61,752 bases of DNA, from NCBI RefSeq assembly GCF_001194135.2, contig NC_068984.1, forward strand, positions 130,242,304-130,304,055, in the 5' to 3' direction. The translations under genes and the position numbers were made by a program. A model generated the notes under the pieces. It did not search any database. It saw nothing but the letters and a program-made list of their open reading frames with translations, and was not told the DNA's origin. This document shows, in pieces, positions 36,082-49,034 of the stretch (the stretch's first letter is position 1; each line of letters starts with the position of its first letter). Source of the DNA: Octopus bimaculoides (Eukaryota).

Positions 36082-36331
36082 CAGCGGTCCTCAACTGGGC
36101 TCCATATAGCACTTGTGGCGGGGGCGGGAGCATATAGCACTTGTGGGGTCCATATAAGATTTTGTTATTTTAAAGTTTATATGGCTATATTTCTACAATA
36201 CACAAAATATTTTAACATTTTTTTAAATACAATTCTTAATAATATTTAATTATAAAAATATAATTCGATTTTTTTTAAACCATCGAATATGTATGGGGCT
36301 CCCATAGACAAAAGATTGTTGAGAAACGCTA
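36082..36331 (+). mobile_element. hAT (Charlie-type) MITE with 8-bp TSD
   Basis: TIRs CAGCGGTCCTCAAC and GTTGAGAAACGCTA; TSD CTGTATAT at 36074-36081 and 36332-36339; homologous to 27050-27295. Confidence 0.88.
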
Positions 36332-36437
36332 CTGTATATAAAAACATTAAGGAACAATTCCTTTATCTTCGGACTAACCTCAATATTATTGCCAATATAT
36401 TATTCCGTACATTATCAAAAACGTTTTATTCTTAGAT

Positions 36438-36470
<33 letters not shown>

Positions 36471-37344
36471 CATACATACATACATACATACATACATACA
36501 TACATACATACATACATACATACATTTAGGGCGTATTCCGGTATTAAAACAGAACATGTGTTTTGTTCTATATTTTTTTTTTTCCAATACCGAAAATGTT
36601 TTCATTTTTTGAGCCAAACAGAAAAGAAACAAAATAGTAAATATTTATAAAATTTAGACAATAAAGATGAATTTAAAAAACAATAATTACATTACGAAAC
36701 AAAACCAGATTAAATATTTGGGGTTTTTTTATTACTTTTATTTTCCCCTTTTCATTTGAATTACCAATTTACGAAAAGAAACACAACACAAAAGCGCACG
36801 GGGAAAAGCTCAACACATTTCCATGGTAAGACTGAAAATTAAATATTCATACACACACATACACATACATACATACATACATGCATACAAATAACCATGA
36901 AGCATAGTTAATGCAAATTCATCGTGAAACGTATTATTGCGATATTCGTTCAGAAATAACATCAAGCATGGACATGCTTCTGAGAACGCCAGATACATTT
37001 CTGTGTTATTGAGTGTTGTCAGTGGCGTGGACTTGTAACCGCATGCTTAGATGAAATTTGTCGTCACCTATACAAAGCAAAATAGTGACTAGTGTTGTGA
37101 ATAGTCGACCGGCTGAATAAAAATCCTTTATAAGCAATAAAAGCGGTATTAGATTAAAAAAAAAATAGCCATCTATGTATCATATTTAATGTAAATAAAT
37201 TCATAAAAGGCAAATTTACAGCGGTATATATAATGTGCGCGTGTTTCTTTAGAATATTTCACTATGAAACGAATATTAGCAATACCAGTTGATAAAGCTG
37301 ATTATTCTGACGCTAGCATGCCTTCTATAGAAGATTAAGGGATA

Positions 37345-37620
37345 AAAATGGCAGAATTTGAAGCAGAAGAGAGTGCTGAAAGTGACTCTAGTCAGAATGC
37401 TATAAATGAGAAGAGGGAAGTCAAAGAGAAATATTTGCAAGTTTACTGTGATGTTCTTTTCTGAAAGATATCAGTTCTGAATGAATTTTGAGCTGAAATC
37501 ATCAAAAGGGAAATGCTTCTCTCCAGAACAAAAATGGTCTTTTTACAGTTTGCGGCAGGATTGAATGCAAACATAAAATGCAATCTACGCCAGCTTCCTA
37601 AAAGATGGGTTTACAAGGAG
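37345..37620 (+). pseudogene. Possible very old DNA-transposon N-terminal (zinc-finger) remnant
   Basis: Fragments KREVKEKYLQ and KSSKG...FTVC spread over several frames; weak resemblance only. Confidence 0.2.
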
Positions 37621-37684
37621 GTGCCAAATACCTAAAATATTCTGTCTTACCGAGGGTTTGGATTATTCACACTAAATATCTGCC

Positions 37685-37844
37685 GAGGCTAAGTGATAAA
37701 AATTTTTGCTTCCCAACCCAATTTTGCTTCGGGTTCAATCCTACAGCGTCGCATGTTCAGCAAGTGCTTTCTATAGCCCTCGGCAGATCAAAGCCTTTTG
37801 AGTGAGTATATTTGGTACACTGAAACTGAAAGAAGCCTATCGCG

Positions 37845-37850
<6 letters not shown>
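37685..37850 (+). mobile_element. SINE family A head (diverged)
   Basis: GCTTCCCAACC...GGGTTCAATCC...GAAACTGAAAGAAGCC. Confidence 0.75.
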
Positions 37851-37882
<32 letters not shown>

Positions 37883-37970
37883 TGTGTGTGTATGTATATG
37901 TATGTGTGTATATATGTATATATATATGTGTGTGTGTGTATGTATATGCATGTGTGTGTATATATATATG

Positions 37971-38010
<40 letters not shown>

Positions 38011-38319
38011 NNNNNNNNNNNNNNNNNNNNNNNNNNNNNNNNNNNNNNNNNNNNNNNNNNNNNNNNNNNNNNNNNNNNNNNNNNNNNNNNNNNNATATAC
38101 GTGTATGTGTGCGAGTGTGTGTGTGTATGTGTGCGAATGTGTGTGTGTGTATGTGTGTGGGCGTGTGTATATGCATGAGTGCGTGTGTGAATGTGCGCGT
38201 GTGCATGCGTCTGTGCATGTGCATGTTTATGCGTGTGTGTGTGTGTGTGTGTCTGGTGTATATTTGTCTTGACATCACGCGATAGTCATAAATGTGTTTC
38301 GCTGTCATATTTGCAGTGT

Positions 38320-38470
38320 CATTCGTTTCCGTCTACCAAATCCACTCAAGGCTTTGGTCGGCCCGAGGCTATAGTAGAAGACACTTGCCCAAGGTGCCAA
38401 GCAGTGGGACTGAACCCGGAACCATGTGGTTGGTAAGCAAGCTACTTACCACACAGCCACTCCTGCGCCT
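38320..38470 (-). mobile_element. SINE family A head
   Basis: Well-preserved reverse-complement head. Confidence 0.9.
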
Positions 38471-38957
38471 ATATTTTTTTTTTTAATTTAACAAAAACAC
38501 AACAAACGGAAAATTCGTAGCTAATTCGTTATCAGGGTTGATAAAATAAGTACCAGTCAAATACTGGGATCGATGCAATCAGCTTCCCGCTCCCANNNNN
38601 NNNNNNNNNNNNNNNNNNNNNNNNNNNNNNNNNNNNNNNNNNNNNNNNNNNNNNNNNNNNNNNNNNNNNNNNNNNNNNNNNNNNNNNNNNNNNNNNNNNN
38701 NNNNNNNNNNNNNNNNNNNNNNNNNNNNNNNNNNNNNNNNNNNNNNNNNNNNNNNNNNNNNNNNNNNNNNNNNNNNNNNNNNNNNNNNNNNNNNNNNNNN
38801 NNNNNNNNNNNNNNNNNNNNNNNNNNNNNNNNNNNNNNNNNNNNNNNNNNNNNNNNNNNNNNNNNNNNNNNNNNNNNNNNNNNNNNNNNNNNNNNNNNNN
38901 NNNNNNNNNNNNNNNNNNNNNNNNNNNNNNNNNNNNNNNNNNNNNNNNNNNNNNNNN

Positions 38958-39023
<66 letters not shown>

Positions 39024-40678
39024 TGATGTAAACCTATTAATGTATCTTATACAACAATAAAGTTAACATCAAAAATCGACGTAATTTCGATGTAATTTCA
39101 TAAACGTTTTTTTTAACATCGAATTCAATTGTTTTCTTTCCGGATTTTTCACTTTAACCGAATGTTAAAAAAACATTTAAGCAGAGCGCATGATAATCTA
39201 ATTTAAAGAGTAATTTCTATCTTGCTAGTTATTTATGCTTCTGCCTTCAGTGATAAACGGGAATTACGATTTACAAGTAAGATTAGTACAGAATATACGT
39301 TACATACAGTACAAAGGACTGTATAATCTGGTTAGGGAGAAGATTCGTGAGGAAGGTGGATGAACCCCGAGAGTTAGCATGCAATGAGACCAATTCTGAT
39401 GACGTTATGGCTTTGCAACAAAGATATTTTTATAGGGGTTAGGCTCGAAATCCCGATACGACAATCGAGTTCAACACAAGATACCAGAAGAAGGCTGGAG
39501 CGTGCAACATTTGGAATGTAGTGAAAGCAACAATGAAGATGGGGACACCAATCTAGCTAATATAAACAGTATACATTACGAGGATATATTTTATGGTCCA
39601 CGAAAAAATGAAGAAAAGAAACAAGCTGATTCCGACAGAGTTTGAACTCAAAATGTAAAAGATACGAAAAGGGGTTATGTTCGGGCGATGCCGAACTAAG
39701 AGCTATGAAACTAAGAGCAATGAAAAGACTAATACTGTTGAACATGATTTGCAGTATGTAGGGACGTCTCTTTACGTTTCGGTTTCAAGTATTACCATAG
39801 GTACCAATAAAGTACTAGGGTCGATTCGACTGGCTAAATCGGAATTATTGCGTTCTGTGCAGTGCCGGATTACTGATATCTCCCTACAGGAGGAGGGGGA
39901 CGAGGAGGAGAGGGGTGAAGTGGAGGAGGCGGAGGAAGAGGATGAGCAGGAGGATGATGAAGTGGAGGAGGCGGGGAGGAGGAGGAGGTGGTGGAGGTGG
40001 TGGAGGTGGTGTAGGAAGAGGAAAAGGAGGAGGAGGAAGTGGAAGAAGAAGAAGAAGAAGAAGAAGAAGAAGAAGAGTTTANNNNNNNNNNNNNNNNNNN
40101 NNNNNNNNNNNNNNNNNNNNNNNNNNNNNNNNNNNNNNNNNNNNNNNNNNNNNNNNNNNNNNNNNNNNNNNNNNNNNNNNNNNNNNNNNNNNNNNNNNNN
40201 NNNNNNNNNNNNNNNNNNNNNNNNNNNNNNNNNNNNNNNNNNNNNNNNNNNNNNNNNNNNNNNNNNNNNNNNNNNNNNNNNNNNNNNNNNNNNNNNNNNN
40301 NNNNNNNNNNNNNNNNNNNNNNNNNNNNNNNNNNNNNNNNNNNNNNNNNNNNNNNNNNNNNNNNNNNNNNNNNNNNNNNNNNNNNNNNNNNNNNNNNNNN
40401 NNNNNNNNNNNNNNNNNNNNNNNNNNNNNNNNNNNNNNNNNNNNNNNNNNNNNNNNNNNNNNNNNNNNNNNNNNNNNNNNNNNNNNNNNNNNNNNNNNNN
40501 NNNNNNNNNNNNNNNNNNNNNNNNNNNNNNNNNNNNNNNNNNNNNNNNNNNNNNNNNNNNNNNNNNNNNNNNNNNNNNNNNNNNNNNNNNNNNNNNNNNN
40601 NNNNNNNNNNNNNNNNNNNNNNNNNNNNNNNNNNNNNNNNNNNNNNNNNNNNNNNNNNNNNNNNNNNNNNNNNNNNNN

Positions 40679-40719
<41 letters not shown>

Positions 40720-40739
40720 CACATATATATGCACATACA

Positions 40740-40914
40740 TACACATGCACACACATACACCTTATCTCTCTCATACATATTTTATCTTATTCATTCCTCC
40801 CTCGGCTCACATTTTCAACGTACAAACTTCATCTTCTTGTTCTCTCATACACACAAGCACGCATTCATTCCAACTCACACACGCGAACATACCTTCCCTT
40901 TCTCTCTCTCTCTC

Positions 40915-40982
<68 letters not shown>

Positions 40983-41565
40983 TCTTTTTCTCTCTTGTCC
41001 GCATGCACTTTCTTTTACTCCTTCTCATCAAACATTCTCCCATTGATACATTCTCTCTCATTCTTTCTCATATACATACATTCACTCTCTCTCGCTCTCG
41101 CTCTCTCTCTCTTGCACTCTCTCCCCCTCTCTCTCTCTTTCTCTCATACTTTCCCTCTCACACGTTCACCTTATTCTATATGTTCCCCTCTCTCTTTCTC
41201 CTTTACTCTCTACTCTCTCTCCTATTTTCACTCTCCCCCTCTCTTCTTGATACACTCTATCTCTTTCCCGAGTATATTCATCCGTTATTTTTCTACCCCT
41301 TTCTCCCTCTCCCCCCTCTCTCTCTCTCCCATACACGCTCTATTTCTCTCTCAAACATATCCCCACAGTCCCTCACTCAATCTCTCCCCTTTACACTATT
41401 TCTCTCACGTACACATTTCCCCTCTCTGTCCTCCTATACCTTTCTTTCTCTTCCTCTCTCTCTCTCTCTCCCCATCTCTCTTATTCTTACTCTCCTCCTC
41501 TCTCCCTTCTCTCTCTCTTTTCCCACTACACATTTTATACTCAACCCTCTCTCTCATACACAGTA
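40740..41565. repeat. CT-rich low-complexity tract with (CT)n
   Basis: Strong strand-biased pyrimidine composition and (CT)n runs. Confidence 0.9.
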
Positions 41566-41903
41566 GCTATCATCTATCAATCCTTATTCTTACCTGACAA
41601 ACATCCTCCAACACGCTCAGAGTTACGTCTGCCGCAATGGTGGACAGATTACAGAGCAGCGAGTTATGAGCTCTTCAACACGTCAACATTATTGACATTT
41701 TTATCTCTCCGTAACGAAGAGTTCCAGCCGAAACGTTAATTTTAATTTTTTTTTCTTTTTACTCAAGGCATAAAACCTCGTTCACCAATATATCACTGTG
41801 TTTGACAGCATATAAATGCCCTCTTTTTTATAAAATGTCTCGAAAACTCACTCTGGATTCTACATACGAAGTTGGGCCTATAATGTATTAAAAACTTTTA
41901 CCT

Positions 41904-42057
41904 AGTGGCTGTGTGGTAAGTAGCTTGCATACCAACCACATGGTTTCGGGTTCAGTCCCACTGCGTGGCATTTTGGGCAAGTGTCTTCTACTATAGCCTC
42001 GGGTCGGCCAAAGCCTTGTGAGTGGATTTGGTAGACGAAAACTGAAAGAAGCCTGTC

Positions 42058-42131
<74 letters not shown>

Positions 42132-42345
42132 TTGTTTGTCTGTGTTTGCCCACCCTCAACACCGCTTGACAACTGATGCTGGTGTGTTTACGTCCCCGTA
42201 ACTTAGCGGTTCGGCAAAAAGAGTCCGATAGAATAAGTACTAGGCTTACAAAGAATAAGTCCTAGGGTCGATTTGATTCGACTAAAGGCGGTGCTCCAGC
42301 ATGGCCGCAGTCAAATGACTGAAACAAGTAAAAGAGTAAAAGAGA
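41904..42345 (+). mobile_element. SINE family A, full length
   Basis: Head, (TA)n(TG)n, 3' module, AAAAGAGT tail. Confidence 0.92.
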
Positions 42346-42405
42346 GTACTAAAAACCGTTTTTTCCTGAATATGTGCTGTTGAAATTAGTTAGCATGAAG
42401 TTTAC

Positions 42406-42710
42406 CGTCTTAAAAAGCGTGAAAGTAAATTGTCCAAAAAATTTGAAAGTAAACGACAAAAACCAAAAGTGATGATAGTACCTTCCCTTAATGTCATGTA
42501 AACATTGCATGTGATATAACCAATGTAGTATGTTCCATGTATAGAACGTACTTATATTTGATATAACATGAAACCATATATATGTTTTATAAACAAACTT
42601 TGGAAGCGTCGAATATGTTTCGTATTTTACAGACAAGAAAGTAAATTTCGATCACAGTTTACCTGTGAAAACAGCAAAGAGATTGGGTATTTTACCCTTT
42701 TAAGACGGAA
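42406..42710. mobile_element. Candidate MITE (about 300 bp, imperfect TIRs)
   Basis: CCGTCTTAAAAAGCGTGAAAGTA versus the reverse complement of TATTTTACCCTTTTAAGACGG; no clear TSD. Confidence 0.35.
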
Positions 42711-42906
42711 CAAGGTTACCAACAGGCGGCTACGGTGCATTTTATATAAGATGAAAACACATTTACGGGAAAACATAACGGTCAGTCACGGACGGAATAA
42801 GATTCGTGAGTTTTTCACGGTCTCTGAATTCGTTTCACTACGCATACTCGTGAAGATATGATCTCAATAAATCATTACTAGTCTCACAATGTTGTCTAAG
42901 TTTCTT

Positions 42907-43110
42907 ATTTCTTTATTGCCCACAGGGGGCTAAACATAGAGGGGACAAACAAGGACAGACAAAGGGATTAAGTCGTACTTAATTTATCGAGCCCGAAAGG
43001 ATGAAAGGCAAAGTCGACCTCGGCGGAATTTGTACTCAAAACGTAACGGCAGACGAAATACGGCTAAGAATTTCGCCCGGCGTGCTAACGTTTCTGCCAG
43101 CTCGCCACCT
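42907..43110 (-). mobile_element. Young SINE B (AAGAAAT-tail variant) with 15-bp TSD
   Basis: TTGTCTAAGTTTCTT at 42892-42906 and 43113-43127. Confidence 0.93.
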
Positions 43111-43374
43111 TTTTGTCTAAGTTTCTTGGCGAGTATCCATTGCCTTTTATAGTCTGTGTATGGATCAATAAAATTGAGCAAATAGTTGACAATTTCTTGA
43201 GAATAGAAGTTGCCAAGCCCATTAGAAAGCTTACCCATCGGATGTCAAACGTATTTTATGAAATTACCATGTCACTATCGTCACATCCAGTTTCTGTCGC
43301 AATTCAATTTTTTTTTAGGACAATTTACTATCACTTTTTTTACGACAGTAAGCTGCATATTCTTTTCTACTCTA

Positions 43375-43510
43375 GACACAAGGCCCGGAATTTGAGGCCA
43401 GTTGATTAGATCGACCCCAGTACGCAACTGGTAATTAATTCATCGACCCCGAAAGGATGAAAGGCACAGTCGACCTCAGCGGAATTTGAACTCAGAACGT
43501 AAAGACAGAC
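43375..43510 (-). mobile_element. SINE family B, head truncated
   Basis: Reverse-complement core and tail. Confidence 0.85.
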
Positions 43511-43794
43511 TGAAACACCGAATAAGCTGCATATTAACCCTAAAATTGGCGTGTGTCTAATATGTGCATGTGTCTTTTACGCCAGCAAATACACTATATT
43601 CACATTACTTCGACCTGTTATTTACTATTTCGGGTTCTGCTGTTAAACGCAACACTAATTTGGACGTTTAAGGTAACATCTTATGGTTTTCGTATATTTT
43701 CTTTCTCCCGTATAAATACCATCGTCTTGGTATTCGTTGTTGTCATCATCATCATTACTATCATATATATATCATTATTATAATCATCTTCAAG

Positions 43795-44215
43795 GTAGCG
43801 AGCTGGCAGAATAGTTAGCTCGCCGGGCAAAATGCTTAGTCGCATTTCGACCGGCTTTACGTTCTGACTTCAAATTTCACCGAAGCCGACTTTGCTTTCC
43901 TTTCGGGTTCGATGAAATAAGTATTAGTTGAGCAATCGATTTGACTCCCTCCTCCATAACTTCAGGCCTTTTATCTATAATAGAAAGGAATATCGTAATC
44001 AACTTAGCGGTGACGAACTGGCTGAATCATTAGCACGCAGGACAAAATGCTTAGCGTCATTTTTGCTGGCTTTACGTTCTAGGTTCAAATTTCACCGAGG
44101 TCAACTTCACCTTTCGGACTAGGTAAAATTAGTACCAGTTGAGCAGTGGGGGCGATGTCATCAACTACTCTCTACCCCAAAATTTCATGCATTGTCCCTG
44201 TAATAAATAAAATTG
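43795..44215 (+). mobile_element. Two tandem SINE B copies (about 43795-43990 and 44005-44215)
   Basis: Two heads (GCGAGCTGGCAGAA, GACGAACTGGCTGAA), each followed by core and tail. Confidence 0.85.
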
Positions 44216-44710
44216 TTATAATCATCTTATTTTTTCTTTTTTTTTTCGTTTAGTCCCAACAGGAATAACATTTTTTTCCCCTCAAAACTACAAACAAATA
44301 AATATATAAAAGCAAGAGAACTGCAAATCAATAAGTAATAGTATTTATACAGTATTTATTGATTTGTTATTTATGTGAGCGATGATGTGCGAGGAGAGGG
44401 AACAATGCAATAAGATGTGGGGTGGTTGTGGCGATGGCAACAGGGGCGGTGGCGGCGGTGAATGTTTTTTTTGTTTTTTTTTTGCGTGTGTGTCGTGTTA
44501 TTATCAATGTTGTGACCGAGCAGTGAAATGCAGTAACTGGGGCGAAGAGGGTCTGTGGAGATCCGTTGTCCTTGGGAAAGGAAGGAAGGAAGGAAGGAAT
44601 AGTTGATTCAGTGATTCCTTTGAAAGTAGCAGGGGTTGTTTTTAAGGGTTAGGGTTTCAAGGCAACGGTGGTGAGATAGAGATAGCCACAGAAAGGAGTT
44701 ACTGTTATCC

Positions 44711-44741
<31 letters not shown>

Positions 44742-44764
44742 CCTCCCTCCCCCCTCTCTCTCTA

Positions 44765-44921
44765 AATATGTGTGTGTGTATGCTTATGTAGATATATATA
44801 TGTGTGTACGTGTGTGTATATATATGTATATATATATATATGTGTGTGTGTATAGATATACATATATATGTATATTTTTGTATATATATATATATATGTA
44901 TACATACATATATATATACAC

Positions 44922-44952
<31 letters not shown>

Positions 44953-45110
44953 CATATATATACACATATACATATATATATATATATAAATATATATGTG
45001 TGTGTGTGTATATATTATATATGTGTGTGTGTGTATGTATATTATATATATATGTGTGTGTGTGTGTATGTATGTATATTATATATGTGTGTGTGTGTGT
45101 GTGTATGAAT
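44765..45110. repeat. (TA/TG/CA)n compound microsatellite
   Basis: Visible dinucleotide tracts. Confidence 0.95.
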
Positions 45111-45844
45111 ACGAGTGAGTGTACAAACGAAAGAAGGGCACTCAACAAATTTATTGGGAGTTACATGTATGGATCAATCAGTTTTGATCCATAAATGTAT
45201 ATACGTATGCATATGTGACTGTGCATGTGTGTGGCTAAATATGTGTTTTTTTTTCTTCTCCCTTCCGCCTATCTGTGTTACGCTTTACATTCTGACACAT
45301 GCACACTTTTCTATGGCCTTCATCTTGCCCCTTCCACGTTTCCCAATAATTTTCTTCTCACATACACAAAAAAATATGTTCTTTTTCATTTTTGCTTTAG
45401 TGTTGTAATTGCAATTTGTCTTTCTCCATATTTTCTCTTTGTCTTCTCTCACTTTTTTTTTCCCCCAATAACTTCTCGCACACATACTCTTGGACACACT
45501 TCTACCACACCCACACATTTTTCTTGCCTTTCCTTTCACCTTGCATTGCGTCCGCTGCCATCTTCTCACATCTACGCTTTCTTCACACACACACAGTGCA
45601 ATTACACTTACACACAAGCAGCACACATTCTCACTATCTCACACCACTACACTACACCTAGACACACTACAAAACACCGCTTATACACACACCTTTCCTC
45701 CATGGGCTATTGCAAAACACGTATACACTCATCATTCACATATGTGCACACGCCACGCCTTCTTATCTCCCCCATTAAACCCTAAACCTTCGCCTCGATT
45801 TTTCCCTCCAACTACTCTTCCTCTTTCACTCTTCTCCAACACTT

Positions 45845-45882
45845 TTCCTCTGATGAAGGACTAGTGTCCGAAACGTTAAGAT
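45845..45882 (+). ncRNA. Minimal type I hammerhead ribozyme motif (Penelope pLTR type) with canonical core
   Basis: TCCT-CTGATGA-A-GGAC-TAGT-GTCC-GAAA-CGT-T-AAGA: canonical core, 4-bp stem II, palindromic ACGU in place of helix III, stem I with one mismatch. Activity and transcription untested. Confidence 0.65.
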
Positions 45883-46389
45883 AGTTTCCCTTCCTTTTAA
45901 AGAGTTAAGCTAATAAATTATTTGTTCAAAATTATTCTGTGTTGTATTCTTCCATTCTGTGTTTATTGCTTTTGTAATATATATTATATATATGTATATT
46001 ATACACACACAATTATGTCCAAATAAGTTTCAGTGGTGGAACCTCAGATTATAGAATTTAATGCGATTGACTTGCCTATGTTCTTTATTCTTACCGGCCT
46101 TATATTTATTTTAATGAGGTCCTGTCAAGCCTTACCCCACAACACCTATTTTAACACTCATCCCTCCATCAATCTTCTAACTACTGCACTGACACTCAGG
46201 TGCTGTAAATGATACCATTTATCTCTCCTACATTTCACATTGTATCTCCATTTTCTGTCGTTAATCGCCTCCCATCTTACTCACTTTTGTTTGCTTCACT
46301 CCCCACCCCCACTGATAATCACCGTTGACTATGCCTCAGCTTTATGTCCCATTCCATCTTCATCTCTAATCGTCCGCCACACTCCTTTC

Positions 46390-46965
46390 ACATGTTGTAA
46401 ATGCATATACATGCGGAGCCTACGAGAAAGTGTTGTACTAGCATGTCTAATGTAACAGCTAGAGTCTTGAAGTTTGCAACTTTCAGCCAAATTTATAGAT
46501 TACACAGGTCATGAGTAGCTTGTTCTCAGGCTTACATGCTTGTGGTATGATATTGATAAAGAAGCTTTAAGTTTTAATGTTGATGTAGTATATTGTTAGT
46601 TTAAGCTTATGGCTGGGTGATACATTTTGTGTCCCGTTTTACGAGGGTTTTGATTAAGTATTCCTCTGTTCAATACTTTTTATGCATTGGATTCATGTAA
46701 TAAATTTTATGTGCGGTTTGTGTATTTCTGTTTGGTACATTCTCTGATGTATTTCTTGCATTGTGTTTGTGTCTATATTCTTTTATAGCTCGGTCTTCTA
46801 GTCTGTTGGAATATCTGTTGTTAATTAATGTTAGTTATATTCCATTATTTCTTTCTCCAGTGCATTGTTTGTGGACGAGAATATAAATGTTCTTCTCAGG
46901 AGTGATCTTTACCGCTGACATCATTTTACCACAAGTTGTGTGGACATTCACTATCACTGTGTAGG
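46390..46965 (-). pseudogene. Penelope-like element relic: RT C-terminus, linker and GIY-YIG endonuclease start
   Basis: Across frameshifts: LHSDSECP, LINNRYSN, KIYYMNPM, HKLKLTIYY, CVIYKF, CYIRHASTTLSRRL (VIY/YIG-type doublet followed by L..R). Confidence 0.75.
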
Positions 46966-47391
46966 TATATGCATTACTTTGATTCTTTGGTGTATAATGA
47001 CAAATATACATACGCACACACGCACATACACACACATACATACATGTATATACATAAATATATATAATTACACACACGCACGCGCACACACACACACACA
47101 CACGCATGACATACTAGAGTTATGTTGATGTATTTGTTTTGAAAGATTCCTGATGTGAAATCGTGTGTTGAAACAGATATTGTTATATTTCGAAATGGTC
47201 ATTTCTTCTTTTTTTTTTGTCAAATAAACACTCGCACTATATATTCGTTCTTCACTTCAGATTTATTTTATTATTTGTTCTTATTTTATGTCCTATGCGT
47301 GGGAATCTTTCGTCACACACTCTATGACCTCTTCAGCAACTCTTCCATCTCACATGTCTCCTGTTCTGTTTAGTCCATTTTGTCTTTCTAG

Positions 47392-47481
47392 GAAGACTAT
47401 CCCGAAATATAACAATATATACTTGAGTGTCATCCGTCATATGACGAATAACGTATACTTTGGACGTATACTTTTGCCACC
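47392..47481 (+). other. Candidate isolated 90-nt exon (product unknown)
   Basis: Acceptor CCATTTTGTCTTTCTAG|G, donor CACC|GTGAGT, one open frame KTIPKYNNIYLSVIRHMTNNVYFGRILLP; no recognisable homology. Confidence 0.3.
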
Positions 47482-47672
47482 GTGAGTAATAATCAAGAAA
47501 TATGGCATGCGTAAAATAATTATTATTTAACTTTGGTCAAATTTCATACTCCTTCTACAAAATGATGAAATAGATACTAATTCTCAAAAGAATATTATTT
47601 ATTATCGTACAATAAAATCAAATTTACACACACACACACATCTTCTGTCTCTAAGCCAAGTATAACTTAGAT

Positions 47673-47770
47673 AACTTAGATATGTTTCGACCAGAGATTA
47701 GTCCAGGCTATGTCTGACTTAATAGCACCACCTGATAGGATTTGCCAAATCCTTTTAAAGTCAAGTTTTG
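47673..47770 (-). repeat. Unclassified repeat H, second copy
   Basis: Matches 13368-13470. Confidence 0.75.
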
Positions 47771-47921
47771 ATGTATCATAGCCCATTCGAGTAGGGAGTT
47801 CTTGTTGAGTGAGTTATATCCAAGTATAGGTAGCTTATTTAGTATTCCTTAAAGAAATTTGTCCAAATTCCGTTTAAAGGTGACGGGATTCTTTTCCTCT
47901 TTGATCTGTTTTGGGACAATA

Positions 47922-48178
47922 TTCTGTTCATCATCCTTAAACAACCCTTGAGCGGGATGGGATACTCGACCTGAAGAAAATTCTATTTGGACCCCACCTG
48001 CAAGTTCATGCGCTGCTTATCTTGATATGAGATTACCATGTTGCGCACATATGGTTGTGATGCATGTGCCTGGTGTACCCTTATCAGACGGGTAGTAATG
48101 ATGGGTATATTGCGCTTCGTATATTTGTACCCCAGTGTCATTTTGGTGGCATGCACTGCTCTCTCACCCAACAATAAT
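47922..48178 (+). mobile_element. Element X 3' portion ending in (AAT)n
   Basis: Reverse-complement homologue of 59270-59535; ends GCATGCACTGCTCTCTCACCCAACAATAATAAT. Confidence 0.75.
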
Positions 48179-48184
48179 AATAAT

Positions 48185-48605
48185 CCTTTCTACTATAGGC
48201 ACAAGACCCGAAATTTGGTGGGAAGTGGAATAGTCGATTACATCGACCCCAGTACGCAACTGGTTCTTATTTTAAAAATAAAGTCGACCTCGGCGGGATT
48301 TGAACTCAGAACGTAAAGACGCGAAATACTGCTAAGCATTTCGCCCGTTGTGCTAACGATTCTGCCAGCTCACCGCCTTAAGTCGAATAGCGGTATTNNN
48401 NNNNNNNTCCTTTCTACTATAGGCACAAGACCCGAAATTTGGTGGGAAGTGGAATAGTCGATTACATCGACCCCAGTACGCAACTGGTTCTTATTTTAAA
48501 AATAAAGTCGACCTCGGCGGGATTTGAACTCAGAACGTAAAGACGCGAAATACTGCTAAGCATTTCGCCCGTTGTGCTAACGATTCTGCCAGCTCACCGC
48601 CTTAA
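48185..48605 (-). mobile_element. SINE B, represented twice across a 10-N gap
   Basis: 48185-48397 appears identical to 48408-48620; probable assembly duplication. Confidence 0.85.
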
Positions 48606-48611
48606 GTCGAA

Positions 48612-48800
48612 TAGCGGTATTTCGTCTGTCTTCACGTTTGAGTTCAACTTTGCCTTTCATCCTTTCGGGGTCAACTTTACCTTTCATCCTTTCGGGGTCG
48701 ATAAATTAAGTACCAGTTGCGTACTGGGATCGATCTTATCGACTGGCCCACCTCGCCAGAAATTTTCGGGCCTCGTGCCTAGAGTAGAAAAGAATAATTA
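48612..48800 (+). mobile_element. SINE B, 5'-truncated, with internal 27-bp duplication
   Basis: TCAACTTT(G/A)CCTTTCATCCTTTCGGGG occurs twice. Confidence 0.88.
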
Positions 48801-49034
48801 TTATAGCTGGAAGTGTTTAAGTTGATTGTGGGAACAAAAAAAAAAAGTTTTTATAAGTTAAATTAAGGCTGAAGTCATTGTGAGTTGCAGATAAGTGGTG
48901 AGTAAGTTAGTTGGTAGGGAGCGGGGAAGGTTGGTAGGGAGCGGGGAAGGTTGGTAGGGAAATAGGGGCTAGGTAAGCCAGCGGGACTGGTGAGTAAGTT
49001 AGTAGGTACATGTACATACCAGTACTAAAGCTGG

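Noticed and set aside
39677-41597. Longest ORFs (629 and 560 aa) and all other ORFs containing X runs
   Set aside because: They stay open only because they cross N gaps and simple repeats; no domain-like sequence.
47300-47340. Minus-strand hammerhead-like CTGAAGA-G-GTCAT/GTGAC-GAAAG
   Set aside because: Stem I and stem III cannot form; one such partial match is expected by chance in a window this size.
48185-48620. Recent tandem duplication of a SINE B
   Set aside because: Two apparently identical copies are separated by a 10-N gap, typical of unmerged contig overlap; the same pattern is seen around 19851-19861.
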